From assembly GCF_009914755.1 (NCBI RefSeq), contig NC_060931.1: a stretch of 64,000 nucleotides of DNA; one strand, given 5' to 3'. The notes beneath the pieces are model-generated. The model was given only the letters and a program-made list of their open reading frames with translations. It ran no database searches and was not told the origin of the DNA. This DNA comes from the human T2T-CHM13v2.0 reference genome, Homo sapiens. The translations under genes were made by a program, and so were the position numbers. This document shows, piece after piece, positions 46,782 to 58,595 of this stretch (within the stretch, counting starts at the first letter, position 1; every line of letters starts with the position of its first letter).

Positions 46782-47335
46782 GGGGGGTTCTTGCCCCCCA
46801 GAAAAGCAGAGAAGGGGTAGAGACACAGAGAGAAGGGGTTGGAGTACTTGCCCCTCCCCCAGAAAAGTGAGACTTGCCGCTAAGGGGCAGGACTTGCTGC
46901 TAAGGGTGAAGGACCAAGGCAGGCATCCCTGTGTGGTCTGACACCTCTGAAACGTGGGGGAATAATCAGAGAAGCCTCCCTGCAATGATTAAACAGCAAG
47001 GGAAGGCTGCCTTCCCAGTCTGTGACCGGCGCCGGAGTTTTGGGTCCACAGATAAAACATGTCTCCTTTGCCTCTACCAGAAAATGAAAGGAATTGAAAT
47101 TAAGAGAAGCGAGAGATTGAACTGTGGCGCCAAGATTGAAAGGAGAAAGAAGTTGAGGGATAGTGAGGGGGGTTGGAGAAGAGAGTAAAAAGAGGCCGCT
47201 TACCGGATTTGAAATTGGTGAGATGTTTCTTGGGCTGGTCGGTCTGAGGACCTGAGGTCTTAGGTAGATCTTTCTCATGGAGCAAAGAGCGGGAGGACAG
47301 GGGATTGATCTCCCAAGGGGGGGGGGGGTCCCCCG

Positions 47336-47353
47336 ATCTGAGTCATGGCACCA
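47336..47353 (-). promoter_or_regulatory. HERV-H primer binding site (tRNA-His)
   Basis: TGGTGCCATGACTCAGAT just downstream of the 5' LTR; two mismatches to TGGTGCCGTGACTCGGAT. Confidence 0.9.
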
Positions 47354-50134
47354 AATTTCATGCACGTCCGTGTGAACAGACCACCAAACAGGCTTTGTGT
47401 GAGCAATAAAGCTTTTAATCACCTGGGTGCAGGTGGACTGAGTCTGAAAAGAGAGTCAGCAAAGGGAGATAGGGGTGGGGCCATTTTATAAGATTTGGGT
47501 AGGTAAAGGAAAATTACAGTCAAAGGGGGGTTGTTCTCTGGCGGGCAGGAGTGGGGGTCACAAGGTGCTCAGTAGGGGAGCTTTTGAGCCAGGATGAGCC
47601 AGGAGAAGGAATTTCACAAGACAATGTCATCATTTAAGGCAAGGACCGGCCATTTTCACTTCTTTTTTGGTGGAACGTCATCAGTTAAGGCAGGGCAGGG
47701 CATTTTCACTTCTTTTGTGATTCTTCAGTTACTTCAGGCCATCTGGGTGTATATACGTGCAAGTCACCGGGCATGAGATGGCTTAGCTTGGGCTCAGAGG
47801 CCTGACAGTTAGTATTGATATGTGAGATTTTGTTCCTCTCATTTTGTTGTTAGTTGGTTGTTTTGTAGATTTGATTGAGTAGTTTCTTTATGGAGTCTGA
47901 GGGATATGTGCTGGAGAGTATTTTTGTTTGTGGTAACAAGTCTTTCTTTTGTTTCCATGTGCAACACTCCCTAAAGAACCTTTGTAAAGTATGTTTGGTT
48001 GTAATTAATTCACTTAGCATTTGCTTGTCTAAGAAGGATTTTATTTCTCCTTTGCTTATGAAGCTTAATTTGGTGGGATATGAAATGCTTGGTTGGAATT
48101 TATTTTCTATAAGGAATCTGAATATTGGTCCCTAATCTCTTCTGACCTCTTTCTGCTGAGAGGTCTCTCACTGGCCTGATGGGGTTCTCTTTGTATAAGA
48201 AATGAGCCCTGTATCTAGCTGCCTTTAGGATTGTTTCTTTCATGATGATCCTGGTGAATCTAATGATTATGTGCCTTGGGAATGGTTGCCTTTGATAGTG
48301 TCTCACAGGGATTATCTGTATTTTTTAAATTTACATGTCAATTTCTCTAATGAGATTGGGGAAATTTTCAATGACCATTACCTCAAATGTGTTAAATGTG
48401 TTTTCTGAGTTATGCTCTGTCCTTCTCTAACAGGAATGCATCGAGTCATAGATTTGGTCTCTCTATATAATCTCATATTTCTTGGAAGCTGTGTTTGTTT
48501 TTCTTAATTGTTATTATTATGTTTTTTTGTCTGACTGAGTGGATTCAAATAATTGGTCATAAAGCTCTGAGAATCTTTTCTCAGCTTGTTCTAGTCGGCT
48601 ATTAATGCTTCTTACTTAATTATAATTTTTTGTAATTAACTTTTTAGTTCCAGAAATTTAATTTGACTTTTCTTCAAATGGCTCTTTCATTTTTCAGCTC
48701 TTAGATCCGTTTACTATATTCTGTGGATTTCTTGGATTGGGTTTCAACTTTCTCCTAAATATTTGAGTTTTCTTGCCATCCATATTCAGAATTCTATGTT
48801 TCTCATTTCAATCATTTCACTCTGTTTCAGAACCATTGCTTGGGACCTCCTGGCCTCATTTGGGTGTAATGGGCCATTCTGGCTTTTAGAGTTGCCAGAA
48901 TCCTTGCACTTGTTCTTTCATATCTATGTGGATTGGTGTTCCTCTAACCTTTGAGTTGCTGTCCTTTGAATGGGGCTTTTAGCTATTATAAACTTTTTTT
49001 CTCAAAATGAATGCATGTGTCTTGAGTCTTTGTGTCTGGGTGATGGTATAATTGGGAGTACTCCAAATTAAAATACTGTATAAATTATAATGTTTATTAA
49101 TGTAAAAATAATACAATTATTCTGCATTGAAGATTTCATATATATTATTAAAATTCAACAGTAGCAACAGCAGTTGTTCAGAATGTAGATAAACTCAGCA
49201 GGACCATACAAGCCAGAATAGATTTGGAACCCATTTCACCATTCTTAAAGAAAAGAAATTTCATCCAAGATTTTCACACCCTGCTAAACCAAGCTTCAAA
49301 AGCAAAGTAGAAAATCAAATCTTTTACAGACAAGCATGTGCTAAGGAAATTTGTCACCACTAGTCCAGCCTTACAAGAGATCCTTGATGAAGTTTTAAAC
49401 ATGGAAACAAAACAAAGATACCTACTATCACAAAAACATATAGTCTGCAGACTCTGTAATGCAACCACAAAATAGAAACTACAAAGCAAACAGGAAACAA
49501 CTTTGTAATAGAACCAAGTCACACATATCAGTTTTAAACTTGAATGTAAATGACTTAAACTTCCCACATAAAGGTGCAGAGTGGCAAGTTGGATTAAAAA
49601 AATAAGACTATCTGTCTGCTGTCTCACACATAACCACACCCATAGGCTCAAAGTAAAGGGTTGGAGCAAGTTCTACCATGCAAATGAAAAACAAAAGACA
49701 GCAGTATTTACTATACTTATCTCAGACAAAACAAACTTTCAACCAGAAATGAAGAAAAAGGGCAAAGAAAACCATTGCATAATGATGAAGATCTCAATCA
49801 ATAAGAAGACTTAGTATATAAGCACCCTAAGTATATATGGCACCCAGCATTGAACATCGAGATTTATAAAACAAGTATTTCTCTATATACTAAAGACATA
49901 GACAACCACATAATAAAAACAGAGGAGTTGAACACCTCACTGACAATATTAGACAATTAATTGAGGCAGAAAACTAACAAAGACATTCTGGACTTAAATT
50001 CAACACTTTTCTAATTGGACCTACTAGTTATCTACAAACTACTCCACCCATCAAACACAGAATATACAGTCTTTCTTTTGTGCACACGAAACATACATAA
50101 CACTGCAGAAAAGCAGTGTTAAAAGGAAAGTTTA

Positions 50135-50438
50135 GGCTAGGCGTGGTGGCTCACGCCTGTAATTCCAGCACTTTGGGAGGCTGAGGCAGGTGGATTACCT
50201 GAGCTCAGCAGTTCAGGACCAGCCTAGCCAACATGGTGAAACCCCATCTCTAGTAAAAAATACAAAAATTAGCCAGGTGTGATGGCAGGTGCCTGTAATC
50301 CCAGCTCCTCAGGAGGCTGAGACAGGAGAATTGCTTGAACCCAGGAGGTGGAGGCTGCAGTGAGCCAAGATATCGTGCCATTGCACTCCAGCCTGGGCAA
50401 CAAGACTGAAACTCTATCTCAAAAAAAAAAAAAAAAAA
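50135..50438 (+). mobile_element. AluS (Sq/Sp-like)
   Basis: Full dimer plus poly(A); flanked by AA(A/G)GTTTA. Confidence 0.9.
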
Positions 50439-50522
50439 GGTTTACAGCACTAAACGTCTACCTCAAAAAGCTAGAAAGATCTCAAGTTAACTCAAACATT
50501 ACACCTAGAGGAACTACAAAAT

Positions 50523-50681
50523 AAACTAAACCCCAAGCTAGCAAAAGAAAACAAACAACTAAAATTAGAGCAGAACTGAATCCATCCAAAACTAAACCCT
50601 AAGCTAGCAAAAGAAAAACTAAACCCCAAGCTAGCAAAAGAAAACAAACAACCAAAATTAGAACAGAACTGAATCCATCCA
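50523..50681 (+). repeat. Complex tandem duplication (66+27+66 bp) inside L1
   Basis: AAACTAAACCC(C/T)AAGCTAGCAAAAGAA starts at 50523, 50589 and 50616. Confidence 0.9.
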
Positions 50682-50980
50682 AAAATCTATGCAAAGTATT
50701 AACATAAGCAAATGTTGGTTTTTTGAAAGGATAAACAAGATCCATAGATGGCTGCCTAGATTAACAAAGAAAAAAAGAGAAAATCCAAATAAGTACAATT
50801 AGGAATGACAAAAAGTGGCATTATCACCAAGTTTACAAAGATACAAAAGATCCTCAGACTAATATGAACACCTCTGTGCACACAAACAAGAAAATCAACA
50901 GAGAGTGGATAACTTCCTGGAAACATGTGGTCTCCAATGACTGAATCAGGAAGTAATTGAAACATTGAATAGACCAATAC

Positions 50981-51996
50981 TGAAGTGGCTACATTGTTTG
51001 GGGTATATACCCTGGGGCTCATTGTCATACACCAGGAAAATGTAGGACATGGACACACATGTGGAGTTTAGAAGGGAAGGTTTAATAGGCAGAAGAGAAT
51101 GAAATGGATCTCTAAGTGGAAAAGACCAAGACATGGCAGATGCATCAAATTACGTAGTTAGGTTTGAGGAGGTGGTATCTGATTTACATAGGGCTCACAG
51201 AGTGGTTCGATCAGGCATGCTGTTTACATAGCATGTGGGAAAGTCTGTTCGCCCCACCCCGATCTTATTATGCAAATGGATTTCCAGTTGATCCTCACCA
51301 AGTGTCTGATTCTTACTGTACATGTGGCTGGCAAAGAAGGGAAGATGGAGCTACCATCTTGAACATGTTTAGTCTCTAGCTCCTGCTGGCATTCACCCGT
51401 GCAGGCTCCTGTCAGGCCTCTGAGCCCAAGCTAAGCCATCATATCCCCTGTGACCTGCACATATACATCCAGATGGCCTGAAGCAACTGAAGATCCACAA
51501 AAGAAGTAAAAAGAGCCTTAACTGATGACATTCCACCATTGTGATTTGTTTCTGCCCCACCCTAACTGATCAATATACTTTGTAATCTCCCCCACCCTTG
51601 AGAAGGTTCTTTGTAATTCTCCCCACCTTTGAGAAAGTACTTTGTGAGATCGACCCCCTGCCAGCAAAACATTGCTCCTAACTCCACTGCCTATCCCAAA
51701 ACCTATAAGAACTGATGATAATCCCACCACCCTTTGCTGACTGTCTTTTCGGACTCAGCCTGCCTGCACCAGGTGAAATAAACAGCCTTGTTACTCACAC
51801 AAAGGCTGTTTGGTTGTCTCTTCACACAGACGTGCATGACAGCTCCCAGCTTCCATGTCTATGTCTGCAGCCTGACTTTACAGGCTGCTCTTTGCTCAAT
51901 GATTTTGGGCTGCTTTTCATTAAAGAGAAAAGCTTTACCAAGGACTTTTGTACCCTCACTATCTACCTAAAGGATTCCTTCTTAACTTCTGTATCA
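50981..51996 (-). mobile_element. LTR9-family ERV1 solo LTR, split by an LTR7B-like LTR
   Basis: Reverse complement starts TGATACAGAAGTTAAGAAGG...GTGAGGGTA...AAAAGCAGCCC...GAGCAGCCTGTAAA...GCTGCAGACATAGA. Confidence 0.75.
51410..51841 (+). mobile_element. HERV-H solo LTR, type II repeat class (LTR7B-like)
   Basis: TGTCAGGCCTCTGAGCCCAAG...CATGACA; CTTTGTAA...CCCCACC(C/T)TTGAGAA repeats; TSD GCTCC at 51405-51409 and 51842-51846. Confidence 0.9.
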
Positions 51997-52940
51997 TTAT
52001 CAAGTGACAAAATTGAATCAGCAATGCAAATCTACCAACCAAAAAAGTCCCAGAGCAGAGAGATTCACATACAAATTCTACCAGATGTACAAAAAAGACC
52101 TTGTATAAATTATACTGAAACTATTCTAAATAATTGAGAAGGATGGACTCCTCCCTAACTCATTCTATGAAGCCAGCATCACCCAGATATCAAAACCTGG
52201 CAAAGACACAATGAAAAAAGAGAAATGCAGGCCAATATTTTTGATGAATATGGATTCAATAGTCCTCAATAAAATACTAGCAAACCATATCTAGTAGCAT
52301 ACAAAATGTTATTTCACCATGATAAAGTAGGCTTCATTCCTGGAATGCAAGGTTAGTGCAAAATATGTAAATCAATAAATGTTCTTTCCCACATAAACAG
52401 TATTAAAAATAAAAACCATATGATAATCTCAATTGATGCAGAAACATCTTTCAACAAATATCTAACGTCTCATCATGATTTAAAAAAAAAAAAAAAACTC
52501 AAGAAACTAGGCATCAAAGGAATATACCTGAAAATAATAACAGTCATCAATGACAAACCTACAGCCAACATTATACTGACCAGGACAAAAACGGAAGCAT
52601 TTCTCTTGAGATCTGGAGCAAGACCAGTATACCCATGCCCACCACAACCTATTCAACCTAGAATTGGGAGTGGTAGCCAGAGCAATCAGGCAAGATACAG
52701 AAATGAAAGGCATTCAAATAGGAAAAGAAGATGTGAAACTCTCTCTTATCTGGTGATATAATTCTATGCTTAGAAATCCCTAAGGACTCTGCTAAAAGGC
52801 TATTAGAATTATTAACTGATTTTAGAAAGGTTTCAGGATACAAAATCCACGTACAAAACAGAGTAACATTTCTATATACCAATAGTGTTCAAGCTGAGCG
52901 CAAAATCAAGAACCTAATCCCATTTACAATAGCTACAAAA

Positions 52941-55286
52941 ATATGGTTTGGTTCTGTGTCCCCACCCAAGTTTTATGTTGAATTTTAAACCCCAATGTTG
53001 GGGGATGAACCTTGTAGGGGAGTAACTGGATCATGAAGGCAGATTTTCTCCTTGCTGTTTTCATGGTAGTGAGTGAGTTTTCATGAGATCTGGTTGTTTA
53101 AAAGTGTGTAGCACTTTCCCCTTCTCTCTGTCTCCTGCTGGTCATGTGAAGAAGTGCCTGCTTCCCCTTCACCCTTCTGCCATGATTGTAAGTTTCCTGA
53201 GGCTTCCCACCCATGCCTCCGGTACTGCATATGGAACTGTGAGTCAATTAAACCTCTTTTCCTCATAAATTATCCAGTATCAGGTAGTTCTTTATAGCAG
53301 TGTGAGAACAGAATAATACAGAGAATTGGTACCAGATAAGTGGGCACTGCTATAAAGATACCTGAAAAATGTGGAAACGACTTTGGAACTGGGTAACAGG
53401 CAGAGGCTAGAACAGTTTAGGGGCTCAGAAGGAGATAGGAAGATGAGGGAAAGTTTGGAACTTCCTAGAGACTGGTTAAATTGTTGTGACCAAAATGTTG
53501 ATATTGATATGAACAGTGAAGTCCAGGCTGAGAAGGTCTCAGATAGAGATGAGGAACTTATTAGGAAAAGGAGTAAAAGTCACTTTTGCTATTCTTTAGC
53601 AAAGAGACTGGTGGCATTGTGCCCCTGCTTTAGAGAACTGTGGAGGTTCGAGCTTGAGAGAGATGACTTAGGGTATCTGGCAGGAGAAACTTCTAAGAAG
53701 CAAAGCATTCAAGATGTAGTCTGCCTGCTTCTATTGGTTTACACTCATATGCCTTTGCAAAGTCATGGTCTAAAATTGGAATTTATTTTTAAAAGGGTAG
53801 CAGAGTATAAATGTTGGAAAATTTGCCTGATCATGTAGTAGAAAAGAAAAACCCATTTTCCGGGAAGGAATTTAAGGCTGCAGAAATTTGCATAAGTAAA
53901 GGGGAGCCAAATGTAAATAGCCAAGACAATGGGGAAAATGTCTCCAGGGCATGTCAAATATCTTTGCAGGTTTCCCTCCCATCACAGACGTAGGAGGGAA
54001 AAATGGTTTCAAGGGTTGGGCCCAGTATCTTGCTGCTCTGTGCAGCCATGGCAGTGGGTGCCCTGCATCCCAGCTGCTCCAGCTCCAGCTGAATCTAAAA
54101 GGGGCCAAAGTACAGCTCAGGCCATTGCTACAGATGGTGCAAGCCCCAATCCATGGTGGCTTTCATGTGGTGTTGGGGCCTTTGGGTGCGAATAATGCAA
54201 CAGTTTGGGAGCTTCAAACTAGATTTCAGGAGATGTATGAAAACACCTGGATGTCCAGACAAAAATCTGCTGCAAGGGCAGAGCGTCAGGCCTCTGAGCC
54301 CAAGCCTGCACAGATACATCCAGATGGCCTGAAGCAAGTGAAGAATCACAAAAGAAGTGAAAATGGCCAGTTCCTACCTTAAGTGCTGACATTTCCTTAT
54401 GAAATTCCTTCTCCTGGCTCAGAAGCTCCCGCACTGAGCACCTTGTGACCCCCACCCCTGCCCGCCAGAGAACAACCCCGTTTGACTGTAATTTTCCACT
54501 ACCTACCCAAATCCTATAAAACAGCCCCACCCCTATCTCCCTTCACTGACTCTTTTTTCTGACTCAGCCCACCTGCACCCAGATGATTAAAAAGCTTTAT
54601 TGCTCACACAAAGCCTGTTTGGTGGTCTCTTCACACGGACGCATGTGACACAGAGCCCTCACGGAGAACCTCTACTAGGGCAGTGTGGAGGGAAAATGTG
54701 GGTTTGGAGCCCCCCCCCCCCACAGAGTTTCCACTGGGGCACTGCCTAGTGGAGCTAGAAGAAGAGAGCCACCATCCTACAGACCCCCAAATTGTCCACC
54801 AACAGCTTGCACTGTGCACCTAGAAAAGCTGCAGGCACTCAATGCTGGCTTGTGAAAGCAGCCATGAGGGCTGTACCCTGCAGAGCCACAGGGGCAGAGC
54901 TGTCCAGGGACATGGGCACCCACTCTTTACATCAGCATGCCTTGGAGGTGAGATATGAACTCAAAGGAGATTTTGGAGCTTTAAGATTTAATGGTTTCCC
55001 TGCTGGGTATTGGACTTGCACTGGGCCTAAAGCCTCTATGTTTTGGTGATTTTCTTTCTTTTGGAATGGGAGAATTGCCCCAATGCCTGTATCCTCATCG
55101 TATCTTGGAAGTAGCTAACTTGTTTTTTACTTTACATTTTCATAGGTCTAAGGGACTTCCCTTGTCTCAGATGAAACTTTAGACTTGGACTTTTGAGTTA
55201 ATGGTGGAATGAGTTAAGACTTTGGGGAACAGCTGGGAAGGCATGATTGGTAGTTCTTTACAGCAGTATGAAAATGGGCTAATACA
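52941..55286 (+). mobile_element. MSTA-like MaLR: 5' LTR 52941-53320, internal region, and only the last ~36 nt of the 3' LTR
   Basis: ATATGGTTTGGTTCTGTGTCCCCACCC...AATACA then GAGAATTGGTACC; internal ORF remnant ETTLELGNRQRLEQF; ends GGGCTAATACA. Confidence 0.85.
54284..54650 (+). mobile_element. Short HERV-H solo LTR (LTR7 family, single type I unit), 367 bp
   Basis: CGTCAGGCCTCTGAGCCCAAG...GCATGTGACA; TSD CAGAG at 54279-54283 and 54651-54655. Confidence 0.9.
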
Positions 55287-56528
55287 AGTACTATGTTTCC
55301 TTTTCATTTATATAGTCAAAGGGGAATACAGGTTTATCTTTTAAGCTTTTTGTTTGTTTGTTTGTTTTACAAGGAGAATATATTTAGTAATTTTTATGTG
55401 ACTGTAAATTAATCATTTAAACATTTAAAACATATTCCTCAAGGGAGAAAATCGAGGAAGGTTTGGGGTAGTGTATTGCTGCAATTCATTTGAAGTGCTC
55501 CTGTAATATTTGCTCTTTTTAAAATAAACATAACATATTTCTATTTGACACTTTTTTTCTAAATATAAATTTAAAGAAATGAGGTAGACACATCTGAAAC
55601 AAAACAAAGAACAAAATGAAAAATAAAGCAAAATTAGAATGCAATCAAAATAAACTAGTAATGAAAAATATACTAAATTTAGTGGAGATAAAATCAAAAC
55701 TAAACTTTAAGTATTATAAATAATAAATAAATAATATCTAAATTGTTGTGACCATGAGAATATGGTAAAAATAATAAAAATTTACAAATTTAAAATCAGT
55801 AATTAAGGGTAAGTGGGAGTTAATGTTAATTCCATATTTTAAGCAGGGTGACAGCAGATTATGTTAACATTTGAAACATTTGAAACGTAAGTTTTCATAA
55901 TCAAACTTAATTTTAGGGAGATATTTTAGTATCTTCTACTTTTGCAAAAAAAATTGAATGTCAGCACTCTTCTATTTGTCTCACATATTTTTTCCTTTAA
56001 GTGACAATTATAATTAATTTTAATTATAAAAATAAAAAGATTACAATCACGTTTTTTTCTAAAACAATTTTTCTCAATATTTATTTAACTTTAAACTTCC
56101 ATATAGCTATATAGAGGTATCTAAAGTGATACATACCAGTTGTGAAAAATGGTGATTTCCCATATAACATATTGAGTGATTTTTTCTTTTATTTTCGTAT
56201 TTTTATAACATTTGTATCATTTTATTTGAAGCATATATTTCTATAAAAACAATAAAAGCATTATGTTTTACAAATATCTAGCTGTAAAAGACTTTACAGT
56301 TTTTTTTGACATGCTAAAAAATATGACCACAAACTAGTAGCTACAATTTCACTTTTTGAAAAACTATAAAATTATGTTTCTTAACTTAAAACAAAACAAA
56401 AATTGCCAGTGATTTTTACCGTTTAACATTGATGTAGGAGGTCTAGCAAACTTAACCATACATAAAAAATAAATAACAAGTATAATTTTTAGAATAAGAA
56501 AAAAATTGAGCAAAAAATTATAATTCTA

Positions 56529-56882
56529 TGCTGGTATTATTTGAACGTTAGTCCACTCCAAAACTCCCAAAACTCTTGCTGAAATTTAATCGCCATTCTT
56601 ACACAGCACAAGGTGGGATATTTACCAAGTGATTAAACCTTGAGGGTTTTGCCCTCATGGTTGAGATTAGTGCCATTAAAAGGAGCCAGCTCAACCCCCT
56701 TTAGCCTTTCTTGCTCCTCTGCCTTCTGTCATGTGATGATGTAGCAAGAAGGTCCTTGTGAGATGCTGTTGCTTTGATCTTGGACTTCCCACTTTCCAGA
56801 ACTTTTCACCAATAAATTTCTGATTATTGTAAATTACCCAGTCTTTGTTATTTTGTTGTAGCAACACAAAACAGACTAAGCC
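56529..56882 (+). mobile_element. MSTC/MSTD-like MaLR solo LTR
   Basis: CCAAAACTC...GCCCTCATG...GATCTTGGACTTCCC...TAAATTACCCAGTC...AACAGACTAAG. Confidence 0.75.
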
Positions 56883-57179
56883 TTGTATGCCTAGAATTAT
56901 ATACCCGACCAAACTGGAGGGAAAGCTCTTGAATAACAACAAAAAATAAATAAAATGGTAAGATATAAAAAGTAGACCAATATATGGCAGAGCCTCACAG
57001 ATTTTAGGAAATTGTTACTTGAAGAGCAAGTTCTGATCTTTTCTTCAAGGCATTTACCAAATTAGGAAATATCATAGAGTCCCTGCACGTCGAGAAACAT
57101 TGGAAACTTCAAAAGATAGACTGAAGCCCTCGCAATTTTTCAGGATTACAAAGATATAGAACAATAAAGCTCTTCATCA

Positions 57180-58085
57180 ATGCAAGTTAAAGACTGAGAG
57201 AAGATACTTGCAATCTATATTTGACAAATAACTTGCCTTCTATAATGTATAAAATATCCCTAAAAAATAGAAAACAAAAAGACAAAATAATCATTTTGAA
57301 AAATGGGTAAAAAGTTCTTCAGGCAACTCACAAAGATGTTCAAATGACTAATAGATATATGAAAGGGCACTCACTATGATTTGTCATCAAAAAAGAAATT
57401 CAAATCATAATAAGATAAGAGTGCACCATACCAATACACACTTACCAGTATGGGAGATGAACAGTATGTGCTCTTTAGAATGTCAAACATTTGAACATCT
57501 CATTCACTGCTGGAGGGATTGTGTACCCTAGGCATACACATTTTGGAAATCTGTTTGCCAACATATACTAAAAATAAACATTTGCCTATTCCATAAAGTA
57601 GCAATTGCAATTGTAGGTATTGAGTAACATAAAGAAATGTTTATGGCCAACAAGAGACTTATACAAGAATGTTTATCATACCTTTATTTCTAATAGCCCC
57701 AAACTAGAAACAACTCAAGTGCCTTTTGAGAGTAGGCTGGCAAAATAGTGTATGTTCACACACAAAAATATTATATAACCATAAGAATGAGAAATTGATA
57801 CATGCAACAATATGGATAACTTTCCAAATCAAAATATTGAGTGAAAGAAACCAGATATTAAAAATTACATAATAGTGTTTCCATTTACCTGAGATTAAAA
57901 ATAAGGATGAACTAATGTATAGTGTTAGTTAAAATAGTTGTTATGTTTTGGAGGATTATTTATTAAATGAAGGCACAAAAGAGTTTTTAGGGAATTCAAA
58001 ATATTGTATTTCTTTATCTGGGAGGTGTTTATGTAAGAGTATGCCAATAGAAAGTTATTGTACTGTATAGATTGATTTGCTTATT
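57180..58085 (+). mobile_element. L1ME/MD-type 3' region
   Basis: GAAGATACTTGCAA...CTCATTCACTGCTGG...TACAAGAATGTTTAT...TAATAGCCCCAAACTAGAAACAAC. Confidence 0.7.
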
Positions 58086-58180
58086 TCATTGTAAAGGAGT
58101 TTACAGCTTCTGACCTAGAGATCATGTTCCAAGAAATCTATCTTATGAAAATAGTCAAAACATAATATACTAAGTTCTTC

Positions 58181-58478
58181 TTCTTCTTCTTTTTTGTTTT
58201 TTGGAGTCTCACTCTGTCATCCAGGATAGAGTGCAGTGGCATGATCTCAACTCACTGCAACCTCCACCTCACAGTTTCAAGCAGTTCTCCTCCATCAGCC
58301 TCTGAGTAGCTGAGACTACATGCACGTGCCACCACTCTCAGCTAATTTTTGTATTTTTAGTAGAGATGGGATTTCACCATATTGGCCATGTTGGTCTTGA
58401 ACTCCTTACCTCAAGTGATCTTCCTGCTTTAGCCTCCCAAAGTGTTGGGATTACTGGCATGAGCTACCCTGCCTGGCC
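58181..58478 (-). mobile_element. AluS (Sx/Sz-like)
   Basis: Full dimer; TSD TATACT(A/G)AGTT(C/A)TTC at 58166-58180 and 58479-58493. Confidence 0.88.
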
Positions 58479-58595
58479 TATACTGAGTTATTCATACTCG
58501 TAAAACCTTAAAATCCTTGTAACAAGTTATTCAAACTAGTAAAACCTTAAAATCCTTATATTGAGTTATTCATACTAGTAAAATCTTAAAATCCT
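58479..58595 (+). repeat. 39-bp x 3 minisatellite
   Basis: Units at 58479, 58518 and 58557: TATAYTGAGTTATTCATACTAGTAAAACCTTAAAATCCT. Confidence 0.92.

Larger units (their letters stand above)
41287..47807 (-). mobile_element. HERV-H provirus with two LTR7 (3' LTR 41287-41736, 5' LTR 47356-47807); env deleted
   Basis: LTRs TGTCAGGCCTCTGAGCCCAAG...CATGAAA on minus strand; TSD GTTAG at 41282-41286 and 47808-47812; tRNA-His PBS; polypurine tract at ~41737-41749; gag/pro/pol remnants. Confidence 0.97.
49190..52940 (+). mobile_element. Old primate L1 fragment (end of ORF1 to RT), hosting an Alu and LTR9
   Basis: MASWIKK...HRLKVKGW; [13 protein letters not shown]...DKPTANIIL; internal deletion near 50100. 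Confidence 0.85.

Noticed and set aside
46542-47422. 147-aa and 180-aa minus-strand ORFs
   Set aside because: C-rich HERV-H LTR/leader is naturally poor in stop codons; no recognisable domain
58479-58595. CRISPR-like array (also considered 46677-46781 and 50523-50681)
   Set aside because: Head-to-tail units with no unique spacers, no cas genes, eukaryotic context
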